A stretch of DNA of 64,000 bases from Mustelus asterias. Taxonomy: Eukaryota. This document shows positions 25,667 to 38,060 of this stretch, piece by piece; position 1 is the first letter of the stretch, and the number at the start of each line of letters is the position of its first letter. The notes under the pieces were generated by a model. The model ran no database searches. It worked only from the letters and a program-made list of their open reading frames with translations, and was not told the DNA's origin. The stretch is taken from NCBI RefSeq assembly GCF_964213995.1, contig NW_027590205.1, forward strand, positions 62,001-126,000. The letters are read 5' to 3'. The translations under genes were made by a program, and so were the position numbers.

Positions 25667-28600
25667 ATGAAGGTGACCATAGCCAGCCTCAACATCAACG
25701 GCAGCAGTGGGCCACACCGCAGGTTCCAGAACTTCTCGGTCCTCCGTGACGGGAAGTATGCGGTGTGTTTCCTGCAGGAAACCCACACCGTTCCGGGAGA
25801 CGAAGCCCAATGGCTCCTGGAGTGGCGAGGGGGGGTCTACATGAGCCACCTCACGCTCGCATCTTGCGGGGTGGCTATCTTGTTGGCCCCGCGTTATAAG
25901 CCGGAGATCTTGGGGGTCAAGGAGCCGGTGCCAGGCCAGTTGCTGCACTTGACGGTCCGTGAGGGGGGCGTGGTCATTCACTTGCTGAATGTCTATGCCC
26001 CGACCGCTGGACCGCAGCAAATGACTTTCTACGAGAAAGTGTCCGCTCACATCGACACCATCGCGGGGGGCGAATGCATTATCCTCGGGGGAGATTTCAA
26101 CTGCCTCCTCGAGGCACGGGACCGCACCGGCCCCTGGCTGCGCACTCCGGCGGTGGTGAAGTTGCGGGACCTGATCGGGTCCCACGACTTGGTGGACGTC
26201 TGGAGACATCTCCATCCTGGCTCCAGCGCCTTCACTTTCGTGAGGCCTGGAGTCGGAGCGTCCAGGCTCGACCGCCTTTACATTTCGAAGGCGCACGTGT
26301 CCGGCGTGTCCTCGGTCTCCATGCGGCCGGTGTCGAGCACGGACCACAGCCTGGTGTGGGCGGACTTTGCGCCGTCTCGCATCCGGCGGGGGTCCGCGTA
26401 CTGGCACTTTAACAACACGCTGCTGGAGGACGAGCGCTTCCTGGACTCGTTCCGTCGATTCTGGGCCGGCTGGAGAAGGAAGCGGGGAGGCTTCCCCTCC
26501 TTGAGGCTCTGGTGGGATGTGGGCAAGACTCACGTCCGTACCTTCTGTCAGGGGTACGCGAGGGGGTCGACAAAGAGGCGGAAATCCAGGCTCGAGGAGT
26601 TGGAGAAGGAGGTGCTCGACCTGGAGGCACGTCTCAGTCGGCCTGACGCGGACCCGGCCCTGCGTTCGGAGTACAGGGAGAAGAAGGACGCGCTGCGAGA
26701 CCTGCAGCTTGCCAGGTCTCGCGGCGCGTACGTGAGGTCGCGGCTCCAGTTCCAGGTGGACCTGGACCGCGGCTCCCCCTTCTTCTACTCGCTGGAAAGA
26801 GGGCGGGCTAACCGTCAGCAGCTCCTTACGCTGCTGGCCGACGACGGTTCCCCCGTCTCGGATCCGGAGGGCATCCGGGCCATTGCCCGGGAGTATTACA
26901 CCTCGCTCTTCTCTCCGGATCCGTCCAGCGAGGATGCCCGCAGACTTCTGTGGGAGGACCTGCCGCAGGTCGGCCCGGAGGGCGTCGGCAGGCTCGAGGC
27001 CCCTACCACCATGGCCGAGCTGACCTGCACCCTAAATGGCCTCAGTCGGGGCAAGGCCCCTGGGCTGGACGGGCTGACAGTAGAGTTCTTCAGGGCGTTC
27101 TGGGATGTCCTGGGGAGCGACTACGCGGGGGTCCTGGGGGAGAGCATCGCTACCGGGGAGATGCCCCTTTCGTGGCGCAGGGCCATCATTGCCCTGCTGC
27201 CCAAGAAGGGGGATCTCCACCTGCTCAAGAACTGGCGTCCGGTCTCCCTCCTCAGCACGGATTATAAAATCTTTGCCAGGGCTATGGCTTCACGCTTTGG
27301 ATCCGTGCTGGACCACATGATCCACCCTGACCAGTCCTACACGGTCCCGGGCCATTGCATACACGATAACCTCCACCTCGTCCGGGACCTAATGCATCAT
27401 TCCCAGAGGGCAGGTCTGTCGGGCGCCTTCTTGTCATTAGATCAGGAGAAGGCGTTCGACAGGGTGGAGCACGAGTATTTACTCGGGACTCTGCGGGCAT
27501 TCGGGTTCGGGACGCATTTTGTCGCCCGGATCCGATGACTGTACTCTGCCGCAGTGTGTCTGATTAAGGTTAACGGGTCCCTGACGGCGCCCCTTCGCTT
27601 TGGGAGAGGAGTACGGCAGGGCTGCCCCTTGTCCGGCCAACTGTATTCCGTACGCGTGGAGACATTCGTGCGCCTCTTGTGGAGGAGGTTGTCAGGTTTG
27701 GCCCTGCGCGGACCGGACGTAGGGGTGGTCCTGTCAGCTTACGCCGACGATGTGCTCCTCATGTTCACAGACCCGGCTGACCTGCGGAGGATGCGAGAAT
27801 GCCAGGCGGTGTACTCCGCCGCGTCCTCCGCCAGGATCAACTGGGCCAAGTGCTCCGGACTCCTTGTCGGTCCTTGGGAGACGGACCCCCTTCCGGAGGA
27901 GCTCAGGCCTTTCACCTGGAGCAGGACCAACCTCCTCTACTTGGGGGCCCATCTCTGTCCAGCCGAGGAATCCTGGCCGGCGAACTGGCGGGAGCTGAAG
28001 GCCAAAGTCTCTGCCCGCCTGAATCGCTGGACAGGACTGCTCCGAGTGCTGTCCTACGGGGCGCGAGCTCGCGTCATAAACCAGCTGGTCGCCTCCATGC
28101 TGTGGTACCGGCTGGTCCCTTTGACCCCTCCCCCTGGCTTTGTCGCTGATATCCAGAGAACCCTCCTGCGTTTCTTCTGGGACAATCGACTGCACTGGGT
28201 CCCTGCTGCGGTCCTGTATCTCCCGCGTGAGGAGGGCGGACAAGGTCTGGTGTGCCTTCGCACTCAGATAGCGACCTTCCGCCTCCAGGCCCTGCAGAGC
28301 TACCTTTACGTTGAGCCCCCTCCACAGTGGTGTGCCATGGCGACGTATTTCTTCCGCCAGTGGCACGGCCTCAATTATGACGTGCAGCTCCTGCATATCA
28401 ATCTGGGGCGTGTTTCGACCACCCTGCAGGAGTTGCCCGTCTTTTACCAGGACCTCCTCACTGTCTGGAACACGGTCGCCTTGCGACGCAGCTCTCCCCC
28501 GTCAGGAGTAGCGGCTCTCGTGCGAGAGCCGCTGCTCAGGAATCCGCACCTCCAGCCGTATAACTTCAGGTGGCTGGCGGAGAGGGGGGCTGTGGACGCC

Positions 28601-29559
28601 AGGGTGACCAGAATCGGGGACGTGCTCGATGGCGGAGGGGCGGGCTGGATGAGTCCCCGTGTGCTGGCTGAGTGCGCGGGGACGTCCGTCTGGCACACGG
28701 CCAAAGCCATCCTAGACCTTAGGACGGTCGTGCTCGGCCCCGAAACTGCATGCAAACTCGAGGCGGCGCAGGCGTGCGGTGGGATCCCGCCCGAGCGTTC
28801 CCCTGTTCGGACGGAATTCCACATTGGACAAAACCTCAAACCCCCTCCCTGGGTGTGGTGCCCCACAGCCTGAGCCGCCTTGCGGAAATGTCCTCCGTGC
28901 CTTTTTCTACCGCGCGGAGGCGTTTCCTGTGCGGGCTGCTGCTGCACACCTTCCACGACCGCATCCTCGCCTGTCGCCCTGATACAGCTTGGCGGGCCTT
29001 GTTGCCGCCGGGCGGCCGAGGTCCCCGCTGGAGGTCCCGCTATGGAGGGATCTCCCCCAATTACGTCGGGGACCTGGGGTGGAGGGTGATGCATGCAGCA
29101 GTTCCACACAACCGTAGGATTCACTGGTTCACGGGCTCCAAAGACTGCCCTTTCTGTCGCCTTGTGGAGTCCGTGGACCATGTCTATGTTTTGTATCTTA
29201 GGCTGCACGCCCTTTTTGTTTTGTTAAAGAACCTTTTATTGATGTTTTGTTTGCACTTCAGTCCCACGCTCCTGATCTACGGACACCCGGTGCGGAGCGG
29301 GGTGGGTCGGGATGGCGACCTCGTCTTGACCCTGCTCCTCGGCCTGGCGAAACACGCAATTTACCAGCCCAGGCAGCGGGCGATCAAGGGGGCCGTCCAT
29401 CCTGACTGTCTTCCCCTCTACCGCGGCTACGTTCATGGCCAGGTGTCCCTGGAGAGGGAGCATGCGGTGTCCACGGGCGAGGTTGACGCCTTCCGCGCCC
29501 GTTGGGCACCGCAGGGGTTGGGGTGCATTATTGACCCTGATAATCACATTTTAATTTGA
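25667..29559 (+). pseudogene. Tx1 ORF2 (endonuclease plus reverse transcriptase), disrupted
   Basis: SLNING, LQETH, GGDFN, SRLDR, TDH, GVRQGCPLS, YADD and CPFC..H; in-frame TGA at 27536-27538 and a frameshift near 28830-28870. Confidence 0.9.
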
Positions 29560-30569
29560 TGTTTTTAAGTTTCCTTTGTACTTTGATTTCTGTTCGGGCT
29601 GTTCCCCCTCCTTTTGGGGAGCTGCCCCTTTTACTTTGTCCTGATTTAATCTGAGTTTGTTTATTTGGTTTGGTTTGACCTAAAAAGAGGGCAACATCTG
29701 GGAGGCAATCAATGTTTCCCCCTTTCCATTTCTTTTCTCATTCTGGGGGAAATTGGGGACTTGCAGCAACTGAAGGGAATGAAGTGAATTCGGTCTGTAT
29801 ATTCCACACATTTTTACTCCAGTAACGTAGACATTTATCTGTCTGGCAGCCTGCATGGAGATTTCCAGGTCCTCTGTATCCAGGACAGGAAGCAGTGAGC
29901 ATGGATCTGTCAATCAGCCTCAATCAGCACCTTCAGGAGAATTGGGAGGGTGAATATTGGATACAGCAGAGTGAGAATGGAGGGAGAGTGTGTGGGATGG
30001 AGATTTACAGCTTTGGGGAATGACAGAGGAAAGAATGTTCCATAGAAATTAGAATGATAATATGGCGGCCGGTCCCACCTCCGACTTCGATTTAGCTCGA
30101 ACTTGCTCTACAGCAGAACCAGTCGTGGTGCCACAGGCCTGGTTGCTGCTGGTATTTTCCCCTGAGTGGCTATTTCAACACCCCCTCCCCACCACCCCCC
30201 GCAACAGTATCCAAAACGGTATACCTCTTTGAGAGGGGAATCGCCACAGGAGACTCCTGCATTACATGCCTGCCTGACCTGGCAGTCACCCATCTATCTG
30301 TCAGGACTTGTGGTTTGACACCTTCTTGAAGCTAGTGTCTGTAGAGTCATATAGTCATAAAGGTTTACAGCATGGAAACAGGCCCTTCGGCCCAAATTGG
30401 CATGCCGTCCCTTTTTTTTGAAGCCCTTAAGCTAATCCCAATGCCCGCATTTGGCCCATATCCTTCTATACCCATCGTACCCATGTAACTATCTAAATGT
30501 TTTTTAAAAGATAACTATCACACCATCCATCACACTTACTTCCCCCTGTATACTCCACCGTCATAGAGT

Positions 30570-31670
30570 CATAGAGGTTACAGCATGGAAACAGACCCTT
30601 TGACCCAACTTGTCCATGTCGCCCTTTTATTAACCACTAAGCTGTTCCCAAATGTCCATGTTTGGCCCATATCCCTCCATACTCATTTTACACATGTAAC
30701 TGTCCAAAATCTTTTTAGAAGACAAAATTGTATCCGCCCCTCCTACTACCTCTGGCAGCTTGTCCCAGGCATTCACCATCCTCTGTGTGAAAGAATTGCC
30801 CTTCTGTACCCTCTTGTAGCTCTCCCCTCTCACCTTAAACTTACCCACTCTAGTTGTCGACTCCCCGATCTTCTGGAAAAGATGTTGACCATCAAACTGA
30901 CTATGCCCCTCATTATTTTATAGATCTCTATAAGTTCACCCCTAAGTCTGATACCATCCAGGGAAAAATGTCCCTGCATATCCAGTCTCTACTTATAACT
31001 CAAACCATCAAGTCCTAGTAGCATCCTAGTAAATCTTTTCTGCACTCTTTCTCGTTTAATAATATCCTTTCTATAATAAGTTGACAAGAACAGTACACAG
31101 TCTTCCAAATGTGGCCTTACCAATGTCTTGTGCAACTTGAACAAGACGTCCCAACTCCTGTATTCAATGTTCTGAACAATGAAACCAAGCTTGCTGAATG
31201 CCTTCTTCACCACTCTGTCCACCTGTGACTCCACTTTCAATTAGCTATGAACATGTACCCTCAGATCTCTTTGTTCTGTAACTCTCCGCAACATCCTCCC
31301 ATTAAATGATTAAGTCCTGTCCTGGTTCGATCGACCAAAATGGATCACCTTGCATTCATCCGAATAAAACTCCATCTTCCATTCATCAGTCCACTGGCCC
31401 AATTGACTATGATCCTGTTGCAATCCTTGATAACCATCTTCACTGTCCACTATGCCTCCAATCTTGGTGTCATCTGCAAACTTATCAACCATGTCACCTA
31501 AATTCTCATCCAAATCATTAATATACGTGACAAATAACAGTGGACCCAGCCCTGAGGCACACCGCTGGTCACAGGCCTCTAGTTTGAAAAACAACCCTCT
31601 ACAACCACCCTCTGTCTTCTGTCATCAAGCCAATTTTGTATCCATTTAGCGACCTCACCCTGGATCCCGT
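30570..31670 (-). mobile_element. Degenerate CR1 3' half
   Basis: Minus-strand ORFs 30630-30848, 30989-31240 and 31310-31594 with FADDTKIGG and RPHLE motifs. Confidence 0.85.
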
Positions 31671-32170
31671 GGGAGTGTTTCCAGCTGCTGCTCCAACCGA
31701 ACCATGCGGTCTGTGAGGAGCTGCAGCTGGTCACATTTCCAGCAGACATAGACGCAGGGACACGAGAAATTTCCCTAACCTCCCACATCTGGCAGGAGGA
31801 GCATATCATTGTCGTTACTGCCATCTCTGCACTTGGACACTGAAAAAAGAAAAGAATAAGAATCTTACTTGCTTTTGACAAAGAGGGACATTCACAAACT
31901 CTGGGTGTTGCCACCCAGAGGGGTCACGGAACGAGATTCTGGGGTCGGGAGCTCCGAGGCAGCGATAACTGTGGAGCCTCAACTGAATGTTCACAGCTTT
32001 CTGTCACCTTTAGATTCTCGAGATTTATTTTAAACAATGGGCGTGGCCTAAATTGACGACGTTCGGGTCTGAAATATTTCAGTTCAGCTGAGATCCAGTG
32101 TCCCAGAGCAGTCCATCTCTGCAGTCTCCAGCTCCCCGTCATTTCAACCATCAGTCCGGGCAGCAGAGCG

Positions 32171-32213
32171 ATGGGAACCCTTCTGGTTTTCAGCCTGTGT
32201 GTCTGTTTACCCC
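32171..32213 (+). CDS. Leader exon of NAR-TCR V
   Basis: MGTLLVFSLCVCLP plus phase-1 donor GTGAGT at 32214. Confidence 0.9.
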
Positions 32214-32360
32214 GTGAGTACTAATCGCACTAAACTACATTGTGTGGAATGAATATAAAGCTGCCCCAGTCCATCCCAATTACAGGCACTGTCTGGGTTT
32301 TAGCCTCGTTGTGTGGTTTGGCTCTGATGGTTCAATAAATTCTCTGTGTTTAATTTCCAG

Positions 32361-32642
32361 GGTCTTTCAGTCAGTCAGTGACACAGAGCCCGGCAGCGGT
32401 GACCAGGAAGGAGTGTCAGTCCCTCACCATCACCTGTGTTTTATATGGTTATTACTATTCCTTAGAAAATGGATATTTCTTCAGACAAACCCAGACCGGG
32501 ACGGAGTGGGAGCGGATCTCCAGCGGAGGGAGATTTGTTGAGTCTGTGAACAAAGCAGAAAAGACATTTTCGCTGGAAATTCGGGATGTGAGAGTTGAAG
32601 ACACCGCCACCTATTACTGTAAAGCTCAGCACTGGTACGGCA
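32361..32642 (+). CDS. NAR-TCR V (IgNAR-like V domain) exon
   Basis: Acceptor TTTCCAG; SQSVTQSPAAVTRKECQSLTITC..GYFFRQ..ERISSGGRFVESVNKAEKTFSLEIRDVRVEDTATYYCKA; CDR2 region deleted as in NAR V domains; extra FR1 Cys. Confidence 0.92.
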
Positions 32643-32680
32643 CACCGTGATGGGCCTCGGCTTCCAGCGATACAAAAACT
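32643..32680 (+). other. RSS with 22-bp spacer 3' of NAR-TCR V
   Basis: CACCGTG, 22 nt, ACAAAAACT. Confidence 0.88.
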
Positions 32681-33043
32681 CTCCCTGCAGATTCTCACAG
32701 AACCAAATGAAAAACCGGAGTTCATCTGCCCTGAATACCGTCCCCCCGACCCCCTCCCACCCGCCCCCCGCCAATCCCCACAGTTGCACCTCAGACTCTC
32801 GGTGCCGCACTCTAGTTTTTAATGAGACCTGATTACTGCCGTTAACAATTTCAGTTTCATAAATATGGAGTGTGAGTGGATGGTGGTGTCTTTCCTGGGA
32901 GTGTTGTCGGTGAATGGAGAATGGGAATTATTGATCCCAGTTACAAACCACAACACCAGATGGGATCCTGGGCTCACAGCCGGAGCTGGGAGCCACATTC
33001 CGCGCGGTTTAATTCATGTTCCAACATCCCACCCATTACCCGA

Positions 33044-33071
33044 TGTTTTGATGCTGAATTATAACACTGTG
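33044..33071 (+). other. 12-bp RSS 5' of NAR-TCR J
   Basis: TGTTTTGAT, 12 nt, CACTGTG. Confidence 0.8.
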
Positions 33072-33133
33072 TAACTTTGGGAGTAAACGGAAATATGTGG
33101 ATGGATCCGGGACGTTGGTGACTGTCACAGCCG
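33072..33133 (+). CDS. NAR-TCR J segment
   Basis: NFGSKRKYVDGSGTLVTVTA, with a NAR-like DGxGT motif and phase-1 donor GTAAGT at 33134. Confidence 0.88.
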
Positions 33134-33668
33134 GTAAGTGGCTCCAAACCCCGCCGTGTTACAGACTGTCTCGTTTAATGTTCCCCATCACTTTATCATT
33201 GTGATCTGTCTCGTTTCAATCCAATCGGATCTTCCAATGGAAAATCATCCGTTACAGATTTCGAGTTGGGAGCAGGATGTGATTTTGGAGTCGGGTCCAG
33301 GTCAGGCCCGGGGAAAGTGTCTGTGAGACCTGATGGAGTCGGCGGTCAGCGGGGCAGGGATAGTGGGGTGAGGCTTGTGGGTGGGGGTGGTGGTGAGGCG
33401 CTGGGTGCGGTTCAGTGTTCTGTGAGAGTTGACAGCATCTGGGCGATTGTTTTAAGAGGCACATCAACATCAAGAACTCTGACACTCCTGGTATTTTTTT
33501 TAACAAACTCAAATTGACAACACTCCAGAATCCACTCTGGATGTGAAATGTGACTGGGAGATGCTTGTCTGTCGCTTACAGCCCGGCAGCGGGGTCTCAG
33601 AGCTCTCTCCTGGGCAGTAGATTGCAGTCCCAGCCGTGCAATGTCAATAAGCTACCAGCTGAATGAGA

Positions 33669-33996
33669 TCATAGAATCATAGAAACCCTACAGTGCAGAA
33701 GGAGGCCATTCGGCCCATCGAGTCTGCACCGACCACAATGCCACCCAGGCCCTACCCCCACATATTTACCCGCTAATCCCTCTAACCTACACATCTCAGG
33801 GGCAATTTTAACCTGGCCAATCAACCTAACCCACACATCTTTGGACTGTGGGAGGAAACCGGAGCACCCGGAGGAAACCACGCAAACACGAGGAGAATGT
33901 GCAATCTCCACACAGACAGTGACCCGAGCCGGGAATCGAACCCGGGACCCTGGATCTGTGAAGCAGCAGTGCTAACCACTGTGCTACCGTGCCGCC
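33669..33996 (-). mobile_element. Full-length HE1-like SINE in the J to supporting-V intron
   Basis: Near-identical to 12830-13177. Confidence 0.9.
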
Positions 33997-36900
33997 CTGA
34001 TCGATGTCACTGCGGCCAGTCCATTTAACTGCAGTGACTCACTCAATACCTGACCCGGGAGACAAACAGAAAACTAAACCACGGGCTTCAGGTATAAGGG
34101 ACCTTGTCCGAAGGAATTTTGTAATAAAGAAATCAGTGACTGAAATTAGTGACATTGTACCTGATATTTCTTTAAATATCCTCCTTATAAACAATAACTT
34201 TTTCTCATTTTCCACCGTTAGTGGTTAGTTCTGGAGCACAAGTCTTCAGTAAATTGCTGGGATATTTCCAGAGCCCATAGCCTTTGCAGTATCCTGTGCC
34301 GTCAGCCGATCCTGAAGTCACCTGGAGAGACTCAAATTGGATGAAAACTGTCATCAGTGATGCTGGGGACCTCCGGAGGAGATTGAGATGGATCATCCAC
34401 TCGATATCTCTGGATGAGGATTGTTGCCAAGGCTTCAGCTTTATCTTCACCGGATTGACAAATCAGTTATAGGGATGTCTGGTGTTGCTGCCGGCATTGC
34501 CTCCTGCAGTCTTCATTGAACCAGTGTTAATCCCTCGTTTGCTAATGTCAATGCAGGGGACATGCCGGACCATGAGGTTACAGATTGTGTTTGAGTGAAA
34601 ATCTGCTGCTGCTGATGGCCCATAGTGCGTCATGGATGCCTAGTGATGAGTTGCTGGATCTGCTCGAAAACTATCCGATTTAGCACGGCGACTGTGCCAT
34701 ACTACACGATGGAGTGAAGCTCAATGTGAAGACAATAATTTGTGTCCACAAGGACTGCATGTGGTCACTCCTACTGATATTTCTCTGGTGATGCATCTGC
34801 GGCAGTAAGGTTGCTGAGGCTGAGGTCAAATATGCTTTATTCCCCATTGGTAGTTTCCTCGCTACCTGCCGCAGTCCCAGTCTGGCAGTTATGTCCAGCT
34901 ATGTGCGACCGAGCCAGTCGTGGTGATAGATATTGAAGCCCCCTAACCAGTATACGTTATGCATGTTTGACATCCTCAGTGCTTCATCCAGATGTTGTTC
35001 AACATGGAGGAGTGTAGATATATCAGCAGAGGCGCGTGGTAATCAGCAGACCGCTTCCTTGCCCACGTCTGACCTGATGTCATGAGACTTCATGCGGTCC
35101 AGAGACGGTATTGTGGACTCCCAGGGCAAGTCGCTCCCGACAATATCATGCCACCAGCTCTGCTGAGTCTGTCCTGCCAATGGGTCAGGACATACCGGAT
35201 TTGTGATGGTTCTTTGTGGGCGATTGCTGTAATGTATTTGTAGCCCTGATTATTGTTAACTGAAATCACACAGTGCAGTAAGAGAGGAGGATGATGTGGT
35301 AATCGTATCAAGGAGAACAGGAACAATTGGAAACAATTGTGAAGGGAATATTCATTTAGAACAAGCGATAGAGAATTAATCGACATGGAGAGAAAGATTG
35401 GATTATTTCTGGTGAATACTGAAAATACAAGGATTGAAAACGAGATTTGTGGAGATTCGAACTGAACTGGAATACTATGTGAGATTTGATCTCCTTTAGT
35501 TTGGAAGGATGTACATACTTCGGAGGGAATTTAACTAATATTCACTAAACAGAGTCTTGGGATAAAATGATTGTCCTTTGAGAAGTGATTGAAGACCCAT
35601 TGCCTATTTTCCCTCGACTGATATTAGAGGAGTGAGGAGTGATCTCAGTGGAATTTATTATATTCTCAAAGGACTTGAAAGGCAAATTCTGGGTGGTAGT
35701 TTTTCCAATCAGGGAAGTCTATAATTTGGGGTCACATTTTCAGAATAACGGTTCAGCAATTTGGACTGCGGAGAGGAGACATTTCTTCAGTCAAAGCCAT
35801 TGTGGTGAATCTGCGAATTCCAGACCACAGAGAACCGTGGATAGTTAGTGTTGAACGCATTCAAGGCAGCGTTTGTTACATATTTGTACACTAAAATGGT
35901 CAGGGCAAATGTGGGCAACACAGGAGATAAGCTGCAACATAACTGAGTGATGGAGCAGCTTGAAATGTGGAACAGGAGTTTCTATACAATGTACAATTTA
36001 GAGAAAACTCTGCCCAGAGAACCCGGGAGAAAATCAGTTAATGAGCAGAAAAAAATGAAATTGTGAGAGATCCAAAAGAGGCAGTTCCCAGTGAGTAACA
36101 GTAAAACCACTGCGGAAACTGAACAGGGTGAACGCAACTGACAACTACGAGACTTTGGGACGCGTTCCCACGACTCAGGAAAACCAAACAGCACAAAGTA
36201 AATGAAATGAAAATGACTAGATATCTCAATGTAAAGAGAAGGGGAGAAAAATGATACCAATAGATAGAAAATAAACAAATAGATTAGAAAGCAAACATTG
36301 ACTGCCGGGAGGTGTTAAACTGAAATAAATAAATGACATTTGGCCACCGATGGTCAACATGGTTCGGCCCCATCGGAGCTGATGAATCGCAATCACTCTG
36401 TTGGATCTTGCTGTGCGCTGTGATGTGACGCAGCTGGGTTGTTCTTCGGCAATCATCTCCAGAAAAGGATTGCGTCACTGATAATAAAAAGTTCCCTTCG
36501 ATATCTCTCTCAAAAAGGAAAATAGAAACTAAAACCTGACATATATCATAGAATAAGTTAGCGTGGAAGGGCGACATTCGGGCCCTCGGGTAGATGGTGC
36601 CACTTGATAAATGAAATCCAATTCTTCCACGAGCCATGAATTTTCCCCATAAACCTGTTATTTACCTGTTCAGGGATGTGATCATTGCTCATTCATAATT
36701 CATTGTTAAACCAGCTCCTACTGAGCTGACAGTGTATTCATGGATTCACAGAATTTACGGCAGAAAGACTTCGATCCAAACTGATCCATGCCGATCAAAA
36801 TGCCCATCTAAGCTCAGCCATTCGCCTGCATTTGGCCCATATCTCTCTAAAACTTTCCTACCCATGTATCTGTCCAAAAGACTTTTAAATGTTGTCAATG

Positions 36901-37410
36901 TCCCTGCCTCAACCACTTCCTCCGGCATCTCATTCCACATACGTACCACCCTCTGTGTAAAAAAAAGTTGCTCTGCAGGTACCTGTTACTTCTTTCCCTA
37001 TTCCCTCTTCCTCTCGACTCCCAAACCCTGGAAGAAAGACTGAGTTCATTCGCCCTATCCGTGCCTGTCATGATCTTATACACTTCTATAAGATCACCCC
37101 TCTATCTCCTATGACCAAAGGAAAAAGTCCAAACTCTCCCTATAACTAAGTCCCTTGAGTCCTGGCAACATCCTTGTAAATCTCTTCTGCACTCCCTCCA
37201 GTTTAATAACATCGTTACAGATCATTAGAACTTGTGCAAAATAAAATGTCACCTCATTGTACACTGGTTTATAGAGTAAGTCAATGTCGTTCCATTAGAA
37301 TTAAAATAATAATAACTCCGCATAAAACTGAGCTACTCCTGCGACTGACACAATCTCCGACTAAAAAATGGCAAAACCTAAACAAAACGCTTTTTTTTCT
37401 AATCCTGCAG

Positions 37411-37716
37411 ATTCCTCTTCCCTGGTATCCAAGAATCCGCCTCTACAAATCTCTGCTGTCGATGACACGGTTGCTTTAAGCTGTGAATATTCAGGGTTCT
37501 GTCAGTACACAGTACACTGGTACAGCCAGCCCCCAGGGCAGGCTCTGAAATACTTGCTGCAGAAACACACTTCAGGAGGGGGCAATAAAGAAAACGCTGC
37601 CGGGGAGAGAATTTCTGCTTCTATCATTTCTGTCCAGAAAATCAGCCGGTTAAAGATCTCCAAACTGCAACTCAGCGACTCGGCTGTCTATTACTGTGGA
37701 CTGAGTCGGCACATAG
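37411..37716 (+). CDS. TRDV: Leaderless supporting TCR-delta V of NAR-TCR
   Basis: Acceptor TTTTTTTTCTAATCCTGCAG in phase 1 with the NAR-TCR J donor; DSSSLVSKNPPLQISAVDDTVALSCEYSGFCQYTVHWYSQPPGQALKYLL..KISKLQLSDSAVYYCGLSRHI; extra CDR1 Cys; no leader exon found upstream. Confidence 0.9.
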
Positions 37717-38060
37717 CACAGTGATGCAGAACACGGAGAGAGCTGTACAAAAACCTAAACATGGTGAGGATTACAGACACAGTGATACAGAACACGGAGA
37801 GAGCTGTACAAAAACCTAAACATGGTGAGGATTACAGACACAGTGATACAGAACACGGAGAGAGCTGTACAAAAACCTAAACATGGTGAGGATTACAGAC
37901 ACAGTGATACAGAACACGGAGAGAGCTGCACAAAAACCTGAACATGGTGAGGATTACAGACACAGTGATACAGAACACGGAGAGAGCTGCACAAAAACCT
38001 AAACATGGTGAGGATTACAGACACAGTGATACAGAACACGGAGAGAGATGTGCTGAAAAC
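37717..38060 (+). repeat. Tandem array of six 61-bp units, each containing a 23-bp RSS
   Basis: CACAGTG at 37717, 37778, 37839, 37900, 37961 and 38022; each followed by 23 nt and ACAAAAACC (sixth nonamer degenerate, GCTGAAAAC); 22-nt linker TAAACATGGTGAGGATTACAGA. Confidence 0.97.

Larger units (their letters stand above)
23044..29689 (+). mobile_element. Near full-length Tx1-clade (L1 superfamily) non-LTR retrotransposon
   Basis: 5' UTR, ORF1 with CCHC knuckle, ORF2 with APE, RT and zinc finger, T-rich 3' UTR ending TAAAAAGAG; GC-rich against the host background. Confidence 0.93.

Noticed and set aside
23682-29547. Long antisense and alternate-frame ORFs within the Tx1
   Set aside because: Shadow ORFs of a GC-rich coding strand
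32810-32880. Candidate NAR-TCR D (AGTTTTTAA...TACTGCC; GAGTGTG)
   Set aside because: The heptamer lacks GTG or has no nonamer, and there is no matching 3' RSS
37717-38060. CRISPR-like or bidirectional-RSS reading of the 61-bp array
   Set aside because: Units have no unique spacers and the DNA is vertebrate. On the bottom strand the heptamer is followed after 22 nt by GGTTTTTGT, the wrong nonamer orientation, so the linkers are not D segments.
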